A stretch of DNA of 60,010 bases from a virus (lineage: Duplodnaviria; Caudoviricetes), in IMG/VR virus record IMGVR_UViG_3300012000_000018, positions 1 through 60,010 of that record. One strand, 5' to 3'. Below, piece after piece: positions 9,141-19,099 of this stretch (its first letter is position 1; every line of letters starts with the position of its first letter). The notes beneath the pieces were generated by a model that was not told where the DNA came from, ran no database searches, and worked only from the letters and a program-made list of their open reading frames with translations. A program made the translations under genes and the position numbers.

Positions 9141-11189
9141 CTAGCCTTTCTGATTATCGGTGATTAGTTTAACTTCACACGCATCAGTTGTGCAATAGGC
9201 TTCACCGATTGCATCGGCAGCCATTCCTGCATAAACGCCAGAGAAGTCAATTGGGAACAACTTCATCACGCCTTCTTCCTCATAATCTGCCTCTGTGATT
9301 TGTGTGTAAGGCATTTGAGGATAAGTAAAGTTTCCTGAAGGTAAGAAAGAAACAGTCTTAAGTTGTCCGTCATAAAGATGAAGAACAGTTCCAACCGCTT
9401 CTGCTTCTGTCTCAGGGTTGAAAGAGATAGTTACTGATACAGAGTTATCTGACCAGTAGCGCTGTGCATATGCTGCTAACGCCATCTTTTCGTAGATTGA
9501 GACATCCTTCTCAGCCCTCTTGGACTCAGACTTGATTGGAAAATAAACAACCGATGTAGTGTCTGGTGATTCTGATGCTGGTTCAACTTTGTAGTTCGCC
9601 AACTTAAATAGCGGAAGCATAGGGTCCGAATTAGCAAAGCGAATGGTACGCATAAAATACTTACCGCCAGGAGTCCAATGGACGCCAGGGCTTTCACCAG
9701 CAAGAATAGAAACCGTGCCAGAAGGCTTAATGGTTGTAGTCTTGATTGATTCACGGATTCCGAGCCATTCAGAGTAAGTAGTGTCGTAATACTTAATTGT
9801 CTCGTATCCCTGGTCCATCCATTCACGCAACTTTGGAAGTCCACGGTTATCTGCAAAGTTTGCAACGCCAGACATTGAAGTTCCAATGCGACGATTACGC
9901 TGCATAATTGCATTTGTCTCTGCCCAGTGTGTAGGCAAAAGTGTCACAGTCTTTGCATAAAGATATGCAAACTTTAATGTGCGCTTGTAGTCCTCAAGAG
10001 TTTCGTGGCGGTTGAGGTAAGTTTCAACAAGTGTGCACATTTCATAAGACTCTAGTGATTGCTCGGCGCAAGGGTTGTAACCTTCAACTCGATAATCTTT
10101 ATTATTAGGTGGGTCAACCAAACGACCATATTGACGAGATACATCTAGCCAAATAACTCCTGGCTCTCCGTTACGAGCAATGCCATCAACAATAGGGTCA
10201 AGGTTTGCACCAACATGAGCCTCTACAGAGTTGTTAGACATCCAGGCCCAACCTGGATTTGCAGGGTCATAAGAGTTGCGCTCTGGGTAGACATCAGCGT
10301 TCTTGAGGTTAAGGAAGTCTGGGTCATCAATACGACCAATAAGAAGTTCAGCAGAGCGACGAACGTTGCCTGATACAACGCAAACGCCAATCATATTTCC
10401 AATGTCTGCAATGTCCTTGCGAGTTACTTTCTCTCCTGCACGACCTGTGAACAACTTAGTAATGTGATTTACAAGACGCTCTAACGGTTCTGGTCCTGCT
10501 GCTGTTCCGCCAAAAGTTTTAATTGGCGTTCCTGCTGGACGGACCTCTTTGTAATCAAATACTGGAGCCTTCGAATCTGGTCGTAAGTAAGCATTGATGA
10601 TGAGTTCAAGTGTTTTGACCCATCCTTCTCTGGTGTCTGGTACGACATATGTCTCTTCTCCTTGTGGTGCATAAATTGTGAAATCTTTGTCTGCACCTTT
10701 GTCATCAAAACCAACACCAACGCCAAGCATTGATGCTTCCATTAAAAATGTAAATGGTTTTGCAGGGTCATTTTTTGTCATTTCTTTTGTTGAAACAAAC
10801 GCACAGTTTTGTAGTGCTGCTGAGTTGCGTTGTGTATTTACAAGTGGTGTTCCCATAACCCAAAGTCCACGACCTGGGGGTGACCACTTCAATTCAAACA
10901 AACGCTCAAATGCTTCTTTAGCAGATGCTTGTGCACGAGAGTCATTCCAAGGAAGTCGCTGTGATTTAGCGTGGTCTTTTTGGATTGAATACATTCCGTT
11001 GATTACGCGCTCGCAAACATCGGTCCATGTTTCTTTTGTGCCATCTTCTTTTAAACGAGAGTATGTGCGAAGAAAAGTAATCTCTCCAACAGAGTTTCCT
11101 GCTGCATCTCTATAACCAAAAGGTGCTTTCTTATCCTTATACCCGCCTACGAATTCTTCAGAAAGTTTGAAAGAAAATGAGACAGACAT
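9141..11189 (-). CDS. nrdJ: Class II (B12-dependent) ribonucleotide reductase
   Basis: FLRTYSR, PPGRGLW, NCAF, GNVRRSAE, NPCAEQ, TTIKPSGTVS, C-terminal CTTDAC. Confidence 0.95.
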   Translation of the reverse strand: MSVSFSFKLSEEFVGGYKDKKAPFGYRDAAGNSVGEITFLRTYSRLKEDGTKETWTDVCERVINGMYSIQKDHAKSQRLPWNDSRAQASAKEAFERLFELKWSPPGRGLWVMGTPLVNTQRNSAALQNCAFVSTKEMTKNDPAKPFTFLMEASMLGVGVGFDDKGADKDFTIYAPQGEETYVVPDTREGWVKTLELIINAYLRPDSKAPVFDYKEVRPAGTPIKTFGGTAAGPEPLERLVNHITKLFTGRAGEKVTRKDIADIGNMIGVCVVSGNVRRSAELLIGRIDDPDFLNLKNADVYPERNSYDPANPGWAWMSNNSVEAHVGANLDPIVDGIARNGEPGVIWLDVSRQYGRLVDPPNNKDYRVEGYNPCAEQSLESYEMCTLVETYLNRHETLEDYKRTLKFAYLYAKTVTLLPTHWAETNAIMQRNRRIGTSMSGVANFADNRGLPKLREWMDQGYETIKYYDTTYSEWLGIRESIKTTTIKPSGTVSILAGESPGVHWTPGGKYFMRTIRFANSDPMLPLFKLANYKVEPASESPDTTSVVYFPIKSESKRAEKDVSIYEKMALAAYAQRYWSDNSVSVTISFNPETEAEAVGTVLHLYDGQLKTVSFLPSGNFTYPQMPYTQITEADYEEEGVMKLFPIDFSGVYAGMAADAIGEAYCTTDACEVKLITDNQKG

Positions 11190-11271
11190 ATAAAGACTCC
11201 CTTTAATAAATGATGAATAGTATGTACTTCGTCCTACGGTATTAAACCCTAGAAACTAATCTTACAGTAAC

Positions 11272-11502
11272 TTACAGGAGTGTAGGTTGGTCTGTCGCGT
11301 CGTTGTCTGAGGTATTCATATCTAACACAATTGTTTTTGCTATCTCAAGTCCAAATAACAAGTGTGGTGATAGGTTACTTTCACGAACAATATTAACTTT
11401 TCTTTGTATACCTTCAGCAATTTTAAGTCGCGTTTCATATTCAATCCTAGAGCGTTCTTGCTCGTAAGTGCTCCATTGAATAGATGTGTAATCGCTATCC
11501 AT
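11272..11502 (-). CDS. Hypothetical protein
   Basis: 76 aa ORF in a tightly packed operon. Confidence 0.55.
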   Translation of the reverse strand: MDSDYTSIQWSTYEQERSRIEYETRLKIAEGIQRKVNIVRESNLSPHLLFGLEIAKTIVLDMNTSDNDATDQPTLL

Positions 11503-11504
11503 TG

Positions 11505-11849
11505 CTAACCCCTTCTTGAATACTGCTCTGTTGAAGTGATGAACATATCATATGTAGTTACAGGTATTCCGCACGCTTGTGCAACCTCAACCTCTAGTTT
11601 AGCCCCAGACGAGTCTTGCCATCCTTCAAGCGTAACCACAAGGTCTGCTTCAAGAACCGCTTTAATATCCGTTTTCATATAAACTTCTTTAGGAAGATTC
11701 ATGTCACCATCAAAACATTCTGATGGGTCAAAAACTTTAAAACCGTAATCGCGTAAAACTTTTGCTGCTTTTCTAAATGCAGGATAATTAAACTCTGGAT
11801 AACCAGTCATAGGTCCTGACAAATAAATCATTTTGTCCTTAATGTACAA
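11505..11849 (-). CDS. DUF4406 / nucleoside deoxyribosyltransferase-like protein
   Basis: IYLSGPMTGYPEFNYPAF...LEGWQDSSGAKLEVEVA. Confidence 0.85.
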   Translation of the reverse strand: MYIKDKMIYLSGPMTGYPEFNYPAFRKAAKVLRDYGFKVFDPSECFDGDMNLPKEVYMKTDIKAVLEADLVVTLEGWQDSSGAKLEVEVAQACGIPVTTYDMFITSTEQYSRRG

Positions 11850-11900
11850 AGCAGTGGGTTGGAAAACTACTAAACCAACCCACCACTTTATAACTTTGTT

Positions 11901-12680
11901 TTACTTTAATTTGATAATAGCAGCCCAAGTTTTTGGACCAACAACGCCATCAGCATCACCAAGTTTTGGATTTGCTTTCTGGAATGCAACTACTGCTTTC
12001 TTAGTGACAGGACCGTAAACACCATCTGGCTTTGGAACACCAAGTTTTTGCTGAATGGTCTTAACATGAATACCTGATTCACCTGGGTCAATTGTTTCAC
12101 CTGGATATACAAGTGGGTCAGTGACAGGTGCCTTAGCAACCTTTGGTGCTACTGGGTTTGCAGTTGAACCTGCGTAGTCAGGACGACCCCAACCGACAAT
12201 TCCCATAAGAAGTTTCTTTGGATTGTTCTTACGGAATGCACGTTCTTTCTTGCAAGTTTCTCCGCCATTGCGCTGGTCTCCCTTTGGGTTTCCTGCGGTG
12301 TTTCCTTCAATAGTGATGCAGATACCTGACTTAGCATCTACCTTTGCAATAATTCCAACGTGACTAATTCTGTCAACACCGTCTCCTGGGAAATCAAAAT
12401 AAACAATATCTCCTGCTTCAGGAACATTCACTCCATCATTATCAAACCAACGCTTCTGCTTTTTAAATGCATCTGCACCTGCAACTGTTGAGACAGTGTT
12501 AGGAACTTTTACACCTGCTTCATTAGCGCACCACATAACAAAACTTCCGCACCAAGGCTGAAAGTTTACTTTTGTAAAAGCGCCATACTTTGTTTGATTA
12601 TCTTTCGGACCTTCAATAGTTCCGATTTCTGCTGTTGCAACCTCGATTAGACGGGCTGCGGTACCTTGAGCGGCGGCCAT
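11901..12680 (-). CDS. Endolysin: CHAP domain plus C-terminal peptidoglycan-binding domain
   Basis: PWCGSFVMWC, SHVGII, TIEGNT; DGVYGPVTKKAVVAFQ...DGVVGPKTW. Confidence 0.9.
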   Translation of the reverse strand: MAAAQGTAARLIEVATAEIGTIEGPKDNQTKYGAFTKVNFQPWCGSFVMWCANEAGVKVPNTVSTVAGADAFKKQKRWFDNDGVNVPEAGDIVYFDFPGDGVDRISHVGIIAKVDAKSGICITIEGNTAGNPKGDQRNGGETCKKERAFRKNNPKKLLMGIVGWGRPDYAGSTANPVAPKVAKAPVTDPLVYPGETIDPGESGIHVKTIQQKLGVPKPDGVYGPVTKKAVVAFQKANPKLGDADGVVGPKTWAAIIKLK

Positions 12681-12693
12681 ATATTCTCCTTAT

Positions 12694-12978
12694 TTAGTCT
12701 TCTGACTGAATTGCTAAGTCCATTGTACAGGTGTGAGCAACAACTAAAACATCTTTACCGCCGCACTCTAAGCACTCGATAGGCTCAACTTTATAGTGTT
12801 TTTCAATGACTTTGAGTATCTGCGCTACCTCGTCTTGCAGAATAGAAATCTGTGAGTCATCCCTACTCTTATCAAATTCAATGGGGTTGTCGTCAATATT
12901 CCAACCGTTAAGTGTCATTAACTCTTCAACAATTCCATCTAAGTCTGGAAACATTGGATTACTGCCTCCGTTACTCAT
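12694..12978 (-). CDS. Hypothetical protein
   Basis: 94 aa ORF with CLECG motif, overlapping its neighbour. Confidence 0.55.
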   Translation of the reverse strand: MSNGGSNPMFPDLDGIVEELMTLNGWNIDDNPIEFDKSRDDSQISILQDEVAQILKVIEKHYKVEPIECLECGGKDVLVVAHTCTMDLAIQSED

Positions 12979-13165
12979 CGGATGCCTTTCCTACTAATAC
13001 ATGACCGACAGGGAAATTGGCTGCCCAAAATGCAAGGCAGTCTGTCGCATAGAAGTAATAGACTTTTTTGGACCAAGTCAGTACAATTGTTCCGTTTCCA
13101 TTGACTTCTCTACGAAAATGACCAGGACAATTGTCCCAACTGCACTGTAGATTTAAGTCAAACAT
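12971..13165 (-). CDS. Hypothetical protein
   Basis: 64 aa ORF; leaderless TAAGAT promoter. Confidence 0.5.
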   Translation of the reverse strand: MFDLNLQCSWDNCPGHFRREVNGNGTIVLTWSKKVYYFYATDCLAFWAANFPVGHVLVGKASDE

Positions 13166-13202
13166 AAGAAAATCTTAACAGGTAGGGTAGGATAAAACGG
13201 CT

Positions 13203-13856
13203 ATGAGAAAACATTATGATGTAATTATTGCGACCCCTGGTCACTCGATGCACGCTTCTTATGTTGATAGTTTGGTGAGGACAGTCGAAATGTTGCACCG
13301 AGAAAACATTAGTTTTGTCTTGTCAAATGCTTACTCTAGTTATGTTCCCCATGCCCGTGAATTCACCGCTTTAGGTGAAGGCAGTCATGTTTGGGATTCC
13401 AACCAGATTTATAAGGGTGTCTCATATAACAAGATTTTCTGGATTGATTCAGATATGGGTTGGGACCCTGAGAACTTTCTAAAATTATACATAAGTGAGT
13501 TGGACATTGTTTCTGGCATCTACGCCACTGACCTTGCTGGAACCGTGGCAGTTTCCTACCCTAACGAGCAGGGGTTACCAACTAGGGTGAATAAGGTTGA
13601 GTTCATGCTACATACCTTGCCAGTTGAAGTTTCTGGTGTAGGATTCGGATTTGTGGCTATGAAGCAGGGAGTCTTTGAGAAGATTGACCGCCCTTGGTTT
13701 GGGGCTGAAAGTTTCGTGATGGAGAACGGAATGGTCGTCAATTATGGGGAAGACTACTCTTGGTGTGTTAAAGCGCAACGGGCTGGATTCAAAATTTGGG
13801 TAGACCCTCTGGTTCGAGTGGGCCATAATAAGCAAATTGTTTTCCGAGCCGACTAG
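13203..13856 (+). CDS. GT-A fold glycosyltransferase-like protein
   Basis: FWIDSD (DxD), GFGFVAM, GEDYSWC, IWVDPLVRVGH. Confidence 0.8.
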   Translation: MRKHYDVIIATPGHSMHASYVDSLVRTVEMLHRENISFVLSNAYSSYVPHAREFTALGEGSHVWDSNQIYKGVSYNKIFWIDSDMGWDPENFLKLYISELDIVSGIYATDLAGTVAVSYPNEQGLPTRVNKVEFMLHTLPVEVSGVGFGFVAMKQGVFEKIDRPWFGAESFVMENGMVVNYGEDYSWCVKAQRAGFKIWVDPLVRVGHNKQIVFRAD

Positions 13857-13861
13857 TTTTT

Positions 13862-14027
13862 TCTTGCTAGTATCTGCTAAAAAATCTTGCTAGTATCCTT
13901 AAATTTTCTTGCTAGTATCTGGGTTGCATTATCTCTAAAATGGTCTAAATTGGACGGCTAAAATATGAACTTATAGGATAGGTTGCTAACAGAGATTTTA
14001 TACTTTGAGGTAGATATTTCTTGCTAG
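13862..14027 (+). repeat. Iteron-like direct repeats TCTTGCTAGTATC
   Basis: Exact 13-mers at 13862, 13885 and 13907; partial copy at 14019; AT-rich tract follows. Confidence 0.8.
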
Positions 14028-14232
14028 GTCCACTAAAATACAATACATAAATATATTAAAACAAATTAATAAATACTACAGCGCGGAAAAAATTCACATA
14101 CGCGTCACGCATTATTAGTTTGTTTTTGTTGTATTGTGTATAGTGTTTAGTTATTAGTTATGTTATACTATTAAGGAATAGACAGATTAGATTCGAGGGT
14201 TATAGAATGAAGTCAAATGAAGGAGAGACGAT

Positions 14233-14466
14233 GTGACTGACGACTATCTTGATGCCAGAGGGATACCGACTTCTGTCTGTCCTAGATGTGGCTGTGATTG
14301 GTTGATGGCTCCAGTAAGACTTCACCCAGACACTTACACAATTGCAATGTGGGGAACAAAAGGATTTTGTTATTCATGCAAAGCAAAAGTAACTATAGGA
14401 ACTCCTCCAGATGTAATTGATGAATGGGCTCAAAGAATGGATAACGAAGGAGAGACGGATGACTGA
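14233..14466 (+). CDS. Zn-ribbon hypothetical protein
   Basis: CPRCG...CYSC; AGGAG RBS. Confidence 0.65.
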   Translation: MTDDYLDARGIPTSVCPRCGCDWLMAPVRLHPDTYTIAMWGTKGFCYSCKAKVTIGTPPDVIDEWAQRMDNEGETDD

Positions 14467-14677
14467 GTTAAAAGTTATTGAGGGAGAGAATTTTCCTGAA
14501 ACTTTAAAAAGAGATTTAGTTGAAGAAGGTGCCTACGCTCTAATGAAGAGATGGTTTCCAAACCGTTTGCCTACTGGTGACGACTACCTCAAGTGGGTTG
14601 AAATATCTGTGGCAGATTCCACCGCTGTGATTGAACATTTTATAAATGCAGGAATTCTAGCCGAGGAGAAGAAATGA
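14459..14677 (+). CDS. Hypothetical protein
   Basis: Start taken at MTELKVIE after GGAG RBS. Confidence 0.55.
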   Translation: MTELKVIEGENFPETLKRDLVEEGAYALMKRWFPNRLPTGDDYLKWVEISVADSTAVIEHFINAGILAEEKK

Positions 14678-14901
14678 CCTTAAAGGTTTCATTGACAGTT
14701 TTAGATTTCCTTTTAGTTTATTTGTTTGCAGTAGTTGGAACACTTAATGCTATATGGATTAGAAATTTTAAAGAACGACAAAAACGCAACGCCATGATTG
14801 AGATGTTCATAGACCATGTGTCTGAACAGATTAAGACCGAAGAAGATTTTAAAGATATAACCAAACGGTTAAGACGAGAGATGGGAGAGGACGATGAGTA
14901 A
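14674..14901 (+). CDS. Single-TM hypothetical protein
   Basis: N-terminal hydrophobic helix; ATGA overlap with upstream stop. Confidence 0.6.
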   Translation: MTLKVSLTVLDFLLVYLFAVVGTLNAIWIRNFKERQKRNAMIEMFIDHVSEQIKTEEDFKDITKRLRREMGEDDE

Positions 14902-15388
14902 TCCCCTAGAGAGAACGGGGTTAGACCTAAAGGAGTTGGCAGAACTAAATGCCGCCTTGAAGCAGACCCGACAGAAAAATGACAAAATCTGTATATGCGG
15001 TCATGCTAGCGGAAGACATACTTGGACCGAGGAGTTGCAAGCCCATACTTGCCAACCACCAAGATTCAACTGCGAGTGCAAGCGACTTGTTGAAGTTGTT
15101 AAGTCAACAGATACAAGACCATTTGTCCGAAAGACGATTGGTAATGGAAAGCGTCATGCCTTGATTCTTGGAATGCAAAGTGCCATAGAAAAGGGAGCCA
15201 CAGTAGAGTGGGTTGTTCCTAGCGTATGTGCTCGTTGTAAAGAAGAGGGTCCAACCGCTCCATGTGTTGTAAGCCCTGAAGGAATTATCTATGATGGAAT
15301 TCCAGAGCGTAGAAGTGGCGAACCGCCAAAGCCTATCTATCATGCGTTACTCTGCCAAGAGTGCCGAGAAGGAACTAAGGAGTTATGA
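14894..15388 (+). CDS. Cys/His-rich Zn-binding hypothetical protein
   Basis: CICGH, CEC, CARC, CQEC. Confidence 0.65.
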   Translation: MSNPLERTGLDLKELAELNAALKQTRQKNDKICICGHASGRHTWTEELQAHTCQPPRFNCECKRLVEVVKSTDTRPFVRKTIGNGKRHALILGMQSAIEKGATVEWVVPSVCARCKEEGPTAPCVVSPEGIIYDGIPERRSGEPPKPIYHALLCQECREGTKEL

Positions 15389-15714
15389 TGAATAGAAAAC
15401 AACTTAATGAAGTTATTGCCAACCAACTCCAGTCAATGATGATGGAACGAAGCATTGAACCTAATGCTGTCCCTGACTTAATGAATTTTATTGTAGAAGC
15501 AATTGATACTTGGCAAGAAGCCAAAGTCAATCAGTTGATGGAGAATGTCAAAAATTGGGAAGCAGCCTTTGATGGCACCAATGAAAACTTCTATAGTCTA
15601 GGACTTCGTCATGCTATAGATTCAATTCGAGAGACAAACCATATGCCTCTAGATGAAACCGACTATCGTGACATTGAAAGAAAAATTACCTCTGATGATT
15701 TCAAACAATCCTAG
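15385..15714 (+). CDS. Hypothetical protein
   Basis: 109 aa ORF; AAGGAG RBS. Confidence 0.65.
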   Translation: MMNRKQLNEVIANQLQSMMMERSIEPNAVPDLMNFIVEAIDTWQEAKVNQLMENVKNWEAAFDGTNENFYSLGLRHAIDSIRETNHMPLDETDYRDIERKITSDDFKQS

Positions 15715-16036
15715 AACTTGTTGTCGTTGTATGGTCACTAAGACCCCCGACAACTTTGTGATGCATGGAGTTATCTGCCACTCCTGTGCTGAAGAGTCCA
15801 AAGAAAACTATGAAAAGCACCTTTCAGAAAACACTTTTTTGGGCGTGTCGGAATAATATTTTCTATACAATAGAACTATAGTTTTACCTAGGATTTTACG
15901 CTCAAAATGGGTTCCTTGTTTATACAAGAGTGACTATGTAACACCGTTTCCCAAAAAATCTTTTGCCATCATATATGCTACATTGTGATGTAATGCGGAG
16001 TCCTTCCTAAAATCCTCCGCGAGGAGAAACACAAAG

Positions 16037-16327
16037 ATGAATAAAGCAATGATTGAGTCATACGTCAGAAACCTTGCTGGTCAAGTTATCGGCGCTGTGA
16101 TGATTGTCACACAGACTTCAGGAATTTCTAGCCCTCTAGACTTCGGTTCTAGTGAATGGCTTCTCGTAGCAAACGCTCTTTGGGCGTCCCTTGTACCAGT
16201 TGCATTGCGATATGTCAACAAGAAGGACCCAGCATTTGGCCGCATCGCTGAAGCAGCGGCAGCCGATGTATCGAAAAAAATTGTAAAGAAGGCAGCGGCA
16301 GCGAAGAAGACCGCGAAGAAGAAGTAA
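16037..16327 (+). CDS. Holin-like membrane protein
   Basis: Two hydrophobic segments, PVALRYVNKKDPAFG, Lys/Ala-rich tail; GAGGAG RBS. Confidence 0.6.
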   Translation: MNKAMIESYVRNLAGQVIGAVMIVTQTSGISSPLDFGSSEWLLVANALWASLVPVALRYVNKKDPAFGRIAEAAAADVSKKIVKKAAAAKKTAKKK

Positions 16328-16428
16328 ATAACTTCTTAAAGATGTGGCGACAGCCCTCAGATAAAAAATATATAAATATAATTTCTGAGGGCTGTTCGTC
16401 CTTAACCGAGAGTAAAAAGTAAAAAGTT

Positions 16429-17358
16429 ATGGCAACCGAGATTGACCTATTTGGCGAGCGCGAAGAGGAAGACCCAACCTCAAAACTTCCTGACCTCGAC
16501 ACCCCATACGACTACCGCCCCGACCTTTCGGCCCTTGGCCTACTTGAACATGAGCGCGGCATCGTTGAGGACACCGCCGACAACCGCAGAGCGCTTCGCG
16601 CCGCGGGCTTGCAATGGGATACGGTTTATGACCAACTGGGTCGCCCAACGGGCTTGATTGCAGGACGCTCACAGGAAGCACTGAAAGAGCGTCGCCTCCA
16701 AAGCCTTTCCGAAAAGCGAGCGCTTCTAACCGACCCAACTAAAAACAACTCAGATTTCTTAACGGGCCTTGACCTTCTTGTAGATGAGGCTGCCTGTAAG
16801 GTTACACCACCTTGGGTACTTGGCGCAACCCGTCTATTCGTTGACGAGGAAAACGGCAAGGTAGTAAAAAGTAAAAACCGTGCCCCTTCCAGTCTACCCC
16901 ACCGATGCCGAATTGTCAAGACCGACGGCATCCGCTGTATGCTCTGGTCATCAGGTCGCCCAAAGGATGACGGCTTGTGTCGCATCCACCTCCGCACCAA
17001 CCGTCGGCCAGGAGCAGATGTCGAGTGGGCACGCCAGAAGTTAAAGCAATCTGCGAGCGCAGCCGTTGATGTTCTTGAAGAGTTGATGGATAACGCCCAG
17101 TCCGAACCTGTCCGCCTCAAAGCCTCAACCGAGATACTTGACCGTGCTGGTGTTCGAGGGGGTGTGGAAGTTGATGTTGGCGGCCAGATTGAAGTTCGGC
17201 CCGCCAAGGACATCGTGGCTGAAAGATTGCAACGGCTCGCTGATGCTGCACAACGGAGAGCGGCCAGCCTCCCAGATGCAAAAGTTATTGAGGCTGAAGT
17301 AGTAGTTGAAGATTCAATTAACTCAAACGGCGAGGAGCCAACCGATGGAACAAAATAA
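16429..17358 (+). CDS. Putative terminase small subunit / DNA-binding protein
   Basis: C..DG.RC...CRIH Zn motif, then AVDVLEELM...VRLKASTEILDRAG, a helix pattern typical of TerS-like proteins. Confidence 0.55.
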   Translation: MATEIDLFGEREEEDPTSKLPDLDTPYDYRPDLSALGLLEHERGIVEDTADNRRALRAAGLQWDTVYDQLGRPTGLIAGRSQEALKERRLQSLSEKRALLTDPTKNNSDFLTGLDLLVDEAACKVTPPWVLGATRLFVDEENGKVVKSKNRAPSSLPHRCRIVKTDGIRCMLWSSGRPKDDGLCRIHLRTNRRPGADVEWARQKLKQSASAAVDVLEELMDNAQSEPVRLKASTEILDRAGVRGGVEVDVGGQIEVRPAKDIVAERLQRLADAAQRRAASLPDAKVIEAEVVVEDSINSNGEEPTDGTK

Positions 17359-17497
17359 CTTAGAGGAGTTAGCGGCCCGCCTGGCGGAAAGACTTCAAGA
17401 AGATGTTCAGTTGTCAAAGACCAGGGAAGAGCACGTCCGCGTAACGGCTCGCGCTAACGAAGCCCTTGAACTTCTTAACCGTATAAAAAGTAAATAG
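17345..17497 (+). CDS. Small helical hypothetical protein
   Basis: MEQNNLEELAARLAERLQEDV...; GAGGAG RBS. Confidence 0.6.
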   Translation: MEQNNLEELAARLAERLQEDVQLSKTREEHVRVTARANEALELLNRIKSK

Positions 17498-18388
17498 TTA
17501 TCTAAGTAGGCTTGGTAGTAACCTAGCCTACTAAGATAACGTAACCGTGTCAAATCGAACGACGGCGTGTCGTAAGAGTAAAAAGTAAAAAGTAGGGACT
17601 AAAGATGGAAACCGTATTAACCGATTGCTTCTGGTGCGGCGAGACGTATGACAAGTCATTAACCGTATGCCCCCAATGTGCAGTCAAAAAAGAAGAACGG
17701 CTTGCCGCTGAAGAGCGGCCTGTCTAGAGAAGTTGTTTGGAAGTTGACCGCTGCGCCGGTGCAGTAAGGTTCATATAACCGTATGATTCGTACACCCTTA
17801 GTTCTAACCGTATACACAAGCGGCCTGGAGGATAACCGTGCTTGATGTGATTAAACTTATAAGCGGCGTGACCGTAATGCTCGCTGCTGTTTATTACTTC
17901 GCCAAATTCCTAGGTTGAGTCAACCGCGAGTAAAAAGTAAAAAGTCGAGGGCGGCCTGGTAGATACAGACGCTGTATATATTTAACCGCTGCCTTCACAG
18001 TGCTGTAGTCAACCGTCGAAGTTGTTGGGATGGATGGGACAGAACCCTAGCGTGGACAAACCGTGATGCTGCCAGGTGAACCGTTAAAGTTGTTGATATC
18101 TGTAGGGACCAGACGTCTGAGTCAACCGCTGCTCCAGATGCTGCTGTGCATTAATAAGTTGTTGTGATGTCGGAGACCTGGCCAACCGTCTTCTGAGCCA
18201 CGCTCAAAATAACTTGACAACGGCCTGGACGAGGAGTAGACTGCTTTCGCATCTCCGATGCGAAAGTGAACTTCCAAATAACTTTTATACAGCGGCCCGC
18301 CGCCAGGACCGTCTCCGCCTCCACCACCCGAACCGCCACCAAAAAATAAAACTTGACAACGGCGAGCGCTGCTTGTAACGTTGCTGCC

Positions 18389-18676
18389 ATGGATACAAAA
18401 ATTATCGAAAGACTAAAACCAACCGCTGACTTCTATGCATGGCAAGAGCACGGCCTGTGTAGGGACGAAGACAGTGAATTATTTTTTCTGGACCCTGGTC
18501 AACGGGGACATGAGAAAGCGGCCCGCGAATCTAGAGCGCTCGCCATATGTGGGGCGTGTCCAGTGAAAACGGCGTGCCTAGAGCACGCACTAACCGTACC
18601 TGAACAGTATGGAGTCTGGGGCGGCATGACCGTTGAACAACGGCAAGCGCTAGTAGGTGCCCGATGGGCATACTAA
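18389..18676 (+). CDS. whiB: WhiB family transcription factor (WhiB3/WhiD-like), leaderless
   Basis: WQEHGLCRDEDSELFF...ICGACPVKTACLEHAL...YGVWGG; TTGACA(18353)-17-TAACGT, then ATG. Confidence 0.92.
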   Translation: MDTKIIERLKPTADFYAWQEHGLCRDEDSELFFLDPGQRGHEKAARESRALAICGACPVKTACLEHALTVPEQYGVWGGMTVEQRQALVGARWAY

Positions 18677-18915
18677 CGGCGTGGGTTGGATACGCGCTTC
18701 TCAAGCGTGAAGTACAAAAGGGGTACATACAAGTAACCGCTGATGTCGAGGAGTTATTGGAAAGACATCTTGTCGAAGAACCGCGACTCCAGATTGTGGA
18801 TGGAGAAATTATTGATGTAGTAACGGGTGAGATTGTGGACCTCCCGAAGACTACAGAAGTAACCGATGAGATGGAAGAGACTGCTAAAGCACGCCACGAT
18901 TTGACAACGGATTAA
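18664..18915 (+). CDS. Hypothetical protein
   Basis: 83 aa ORF with IDVVTGEI motif. Confidence 0.6.
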   Translation: MGILTAWVGYALLKREVQKGYIQVTADVEELLERHLVEEPRLQIVDGEIIDVVTGEIVDLPKTTEVTDEMEETAKARHDLTTD

Positions 18916-19099
18916 GACCGCTGTTACTTTGAGATTCGCAAAGCCGTTTAGGACATCTACCTTTCTCGTCTTAAACACTATGGCTTGGTTTGATGGGTTT
19001 CCCCGCCATCAGCGAACACGGGGACTTTTTTATTAAACACGACTTGACAAAATAAAGTCTATGCTTTATACTTGGTCTAACAACTACACAGGGGGGATT

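Noticed and set aside
16626-17417. 263-aa minus-strand ORF and other long antisense ORFs (e.g. 10678-11115, 57059-57430, 58052-58372)
   Set aside because: Antisense shadows of well-supported genes; no RBS or protein motifs
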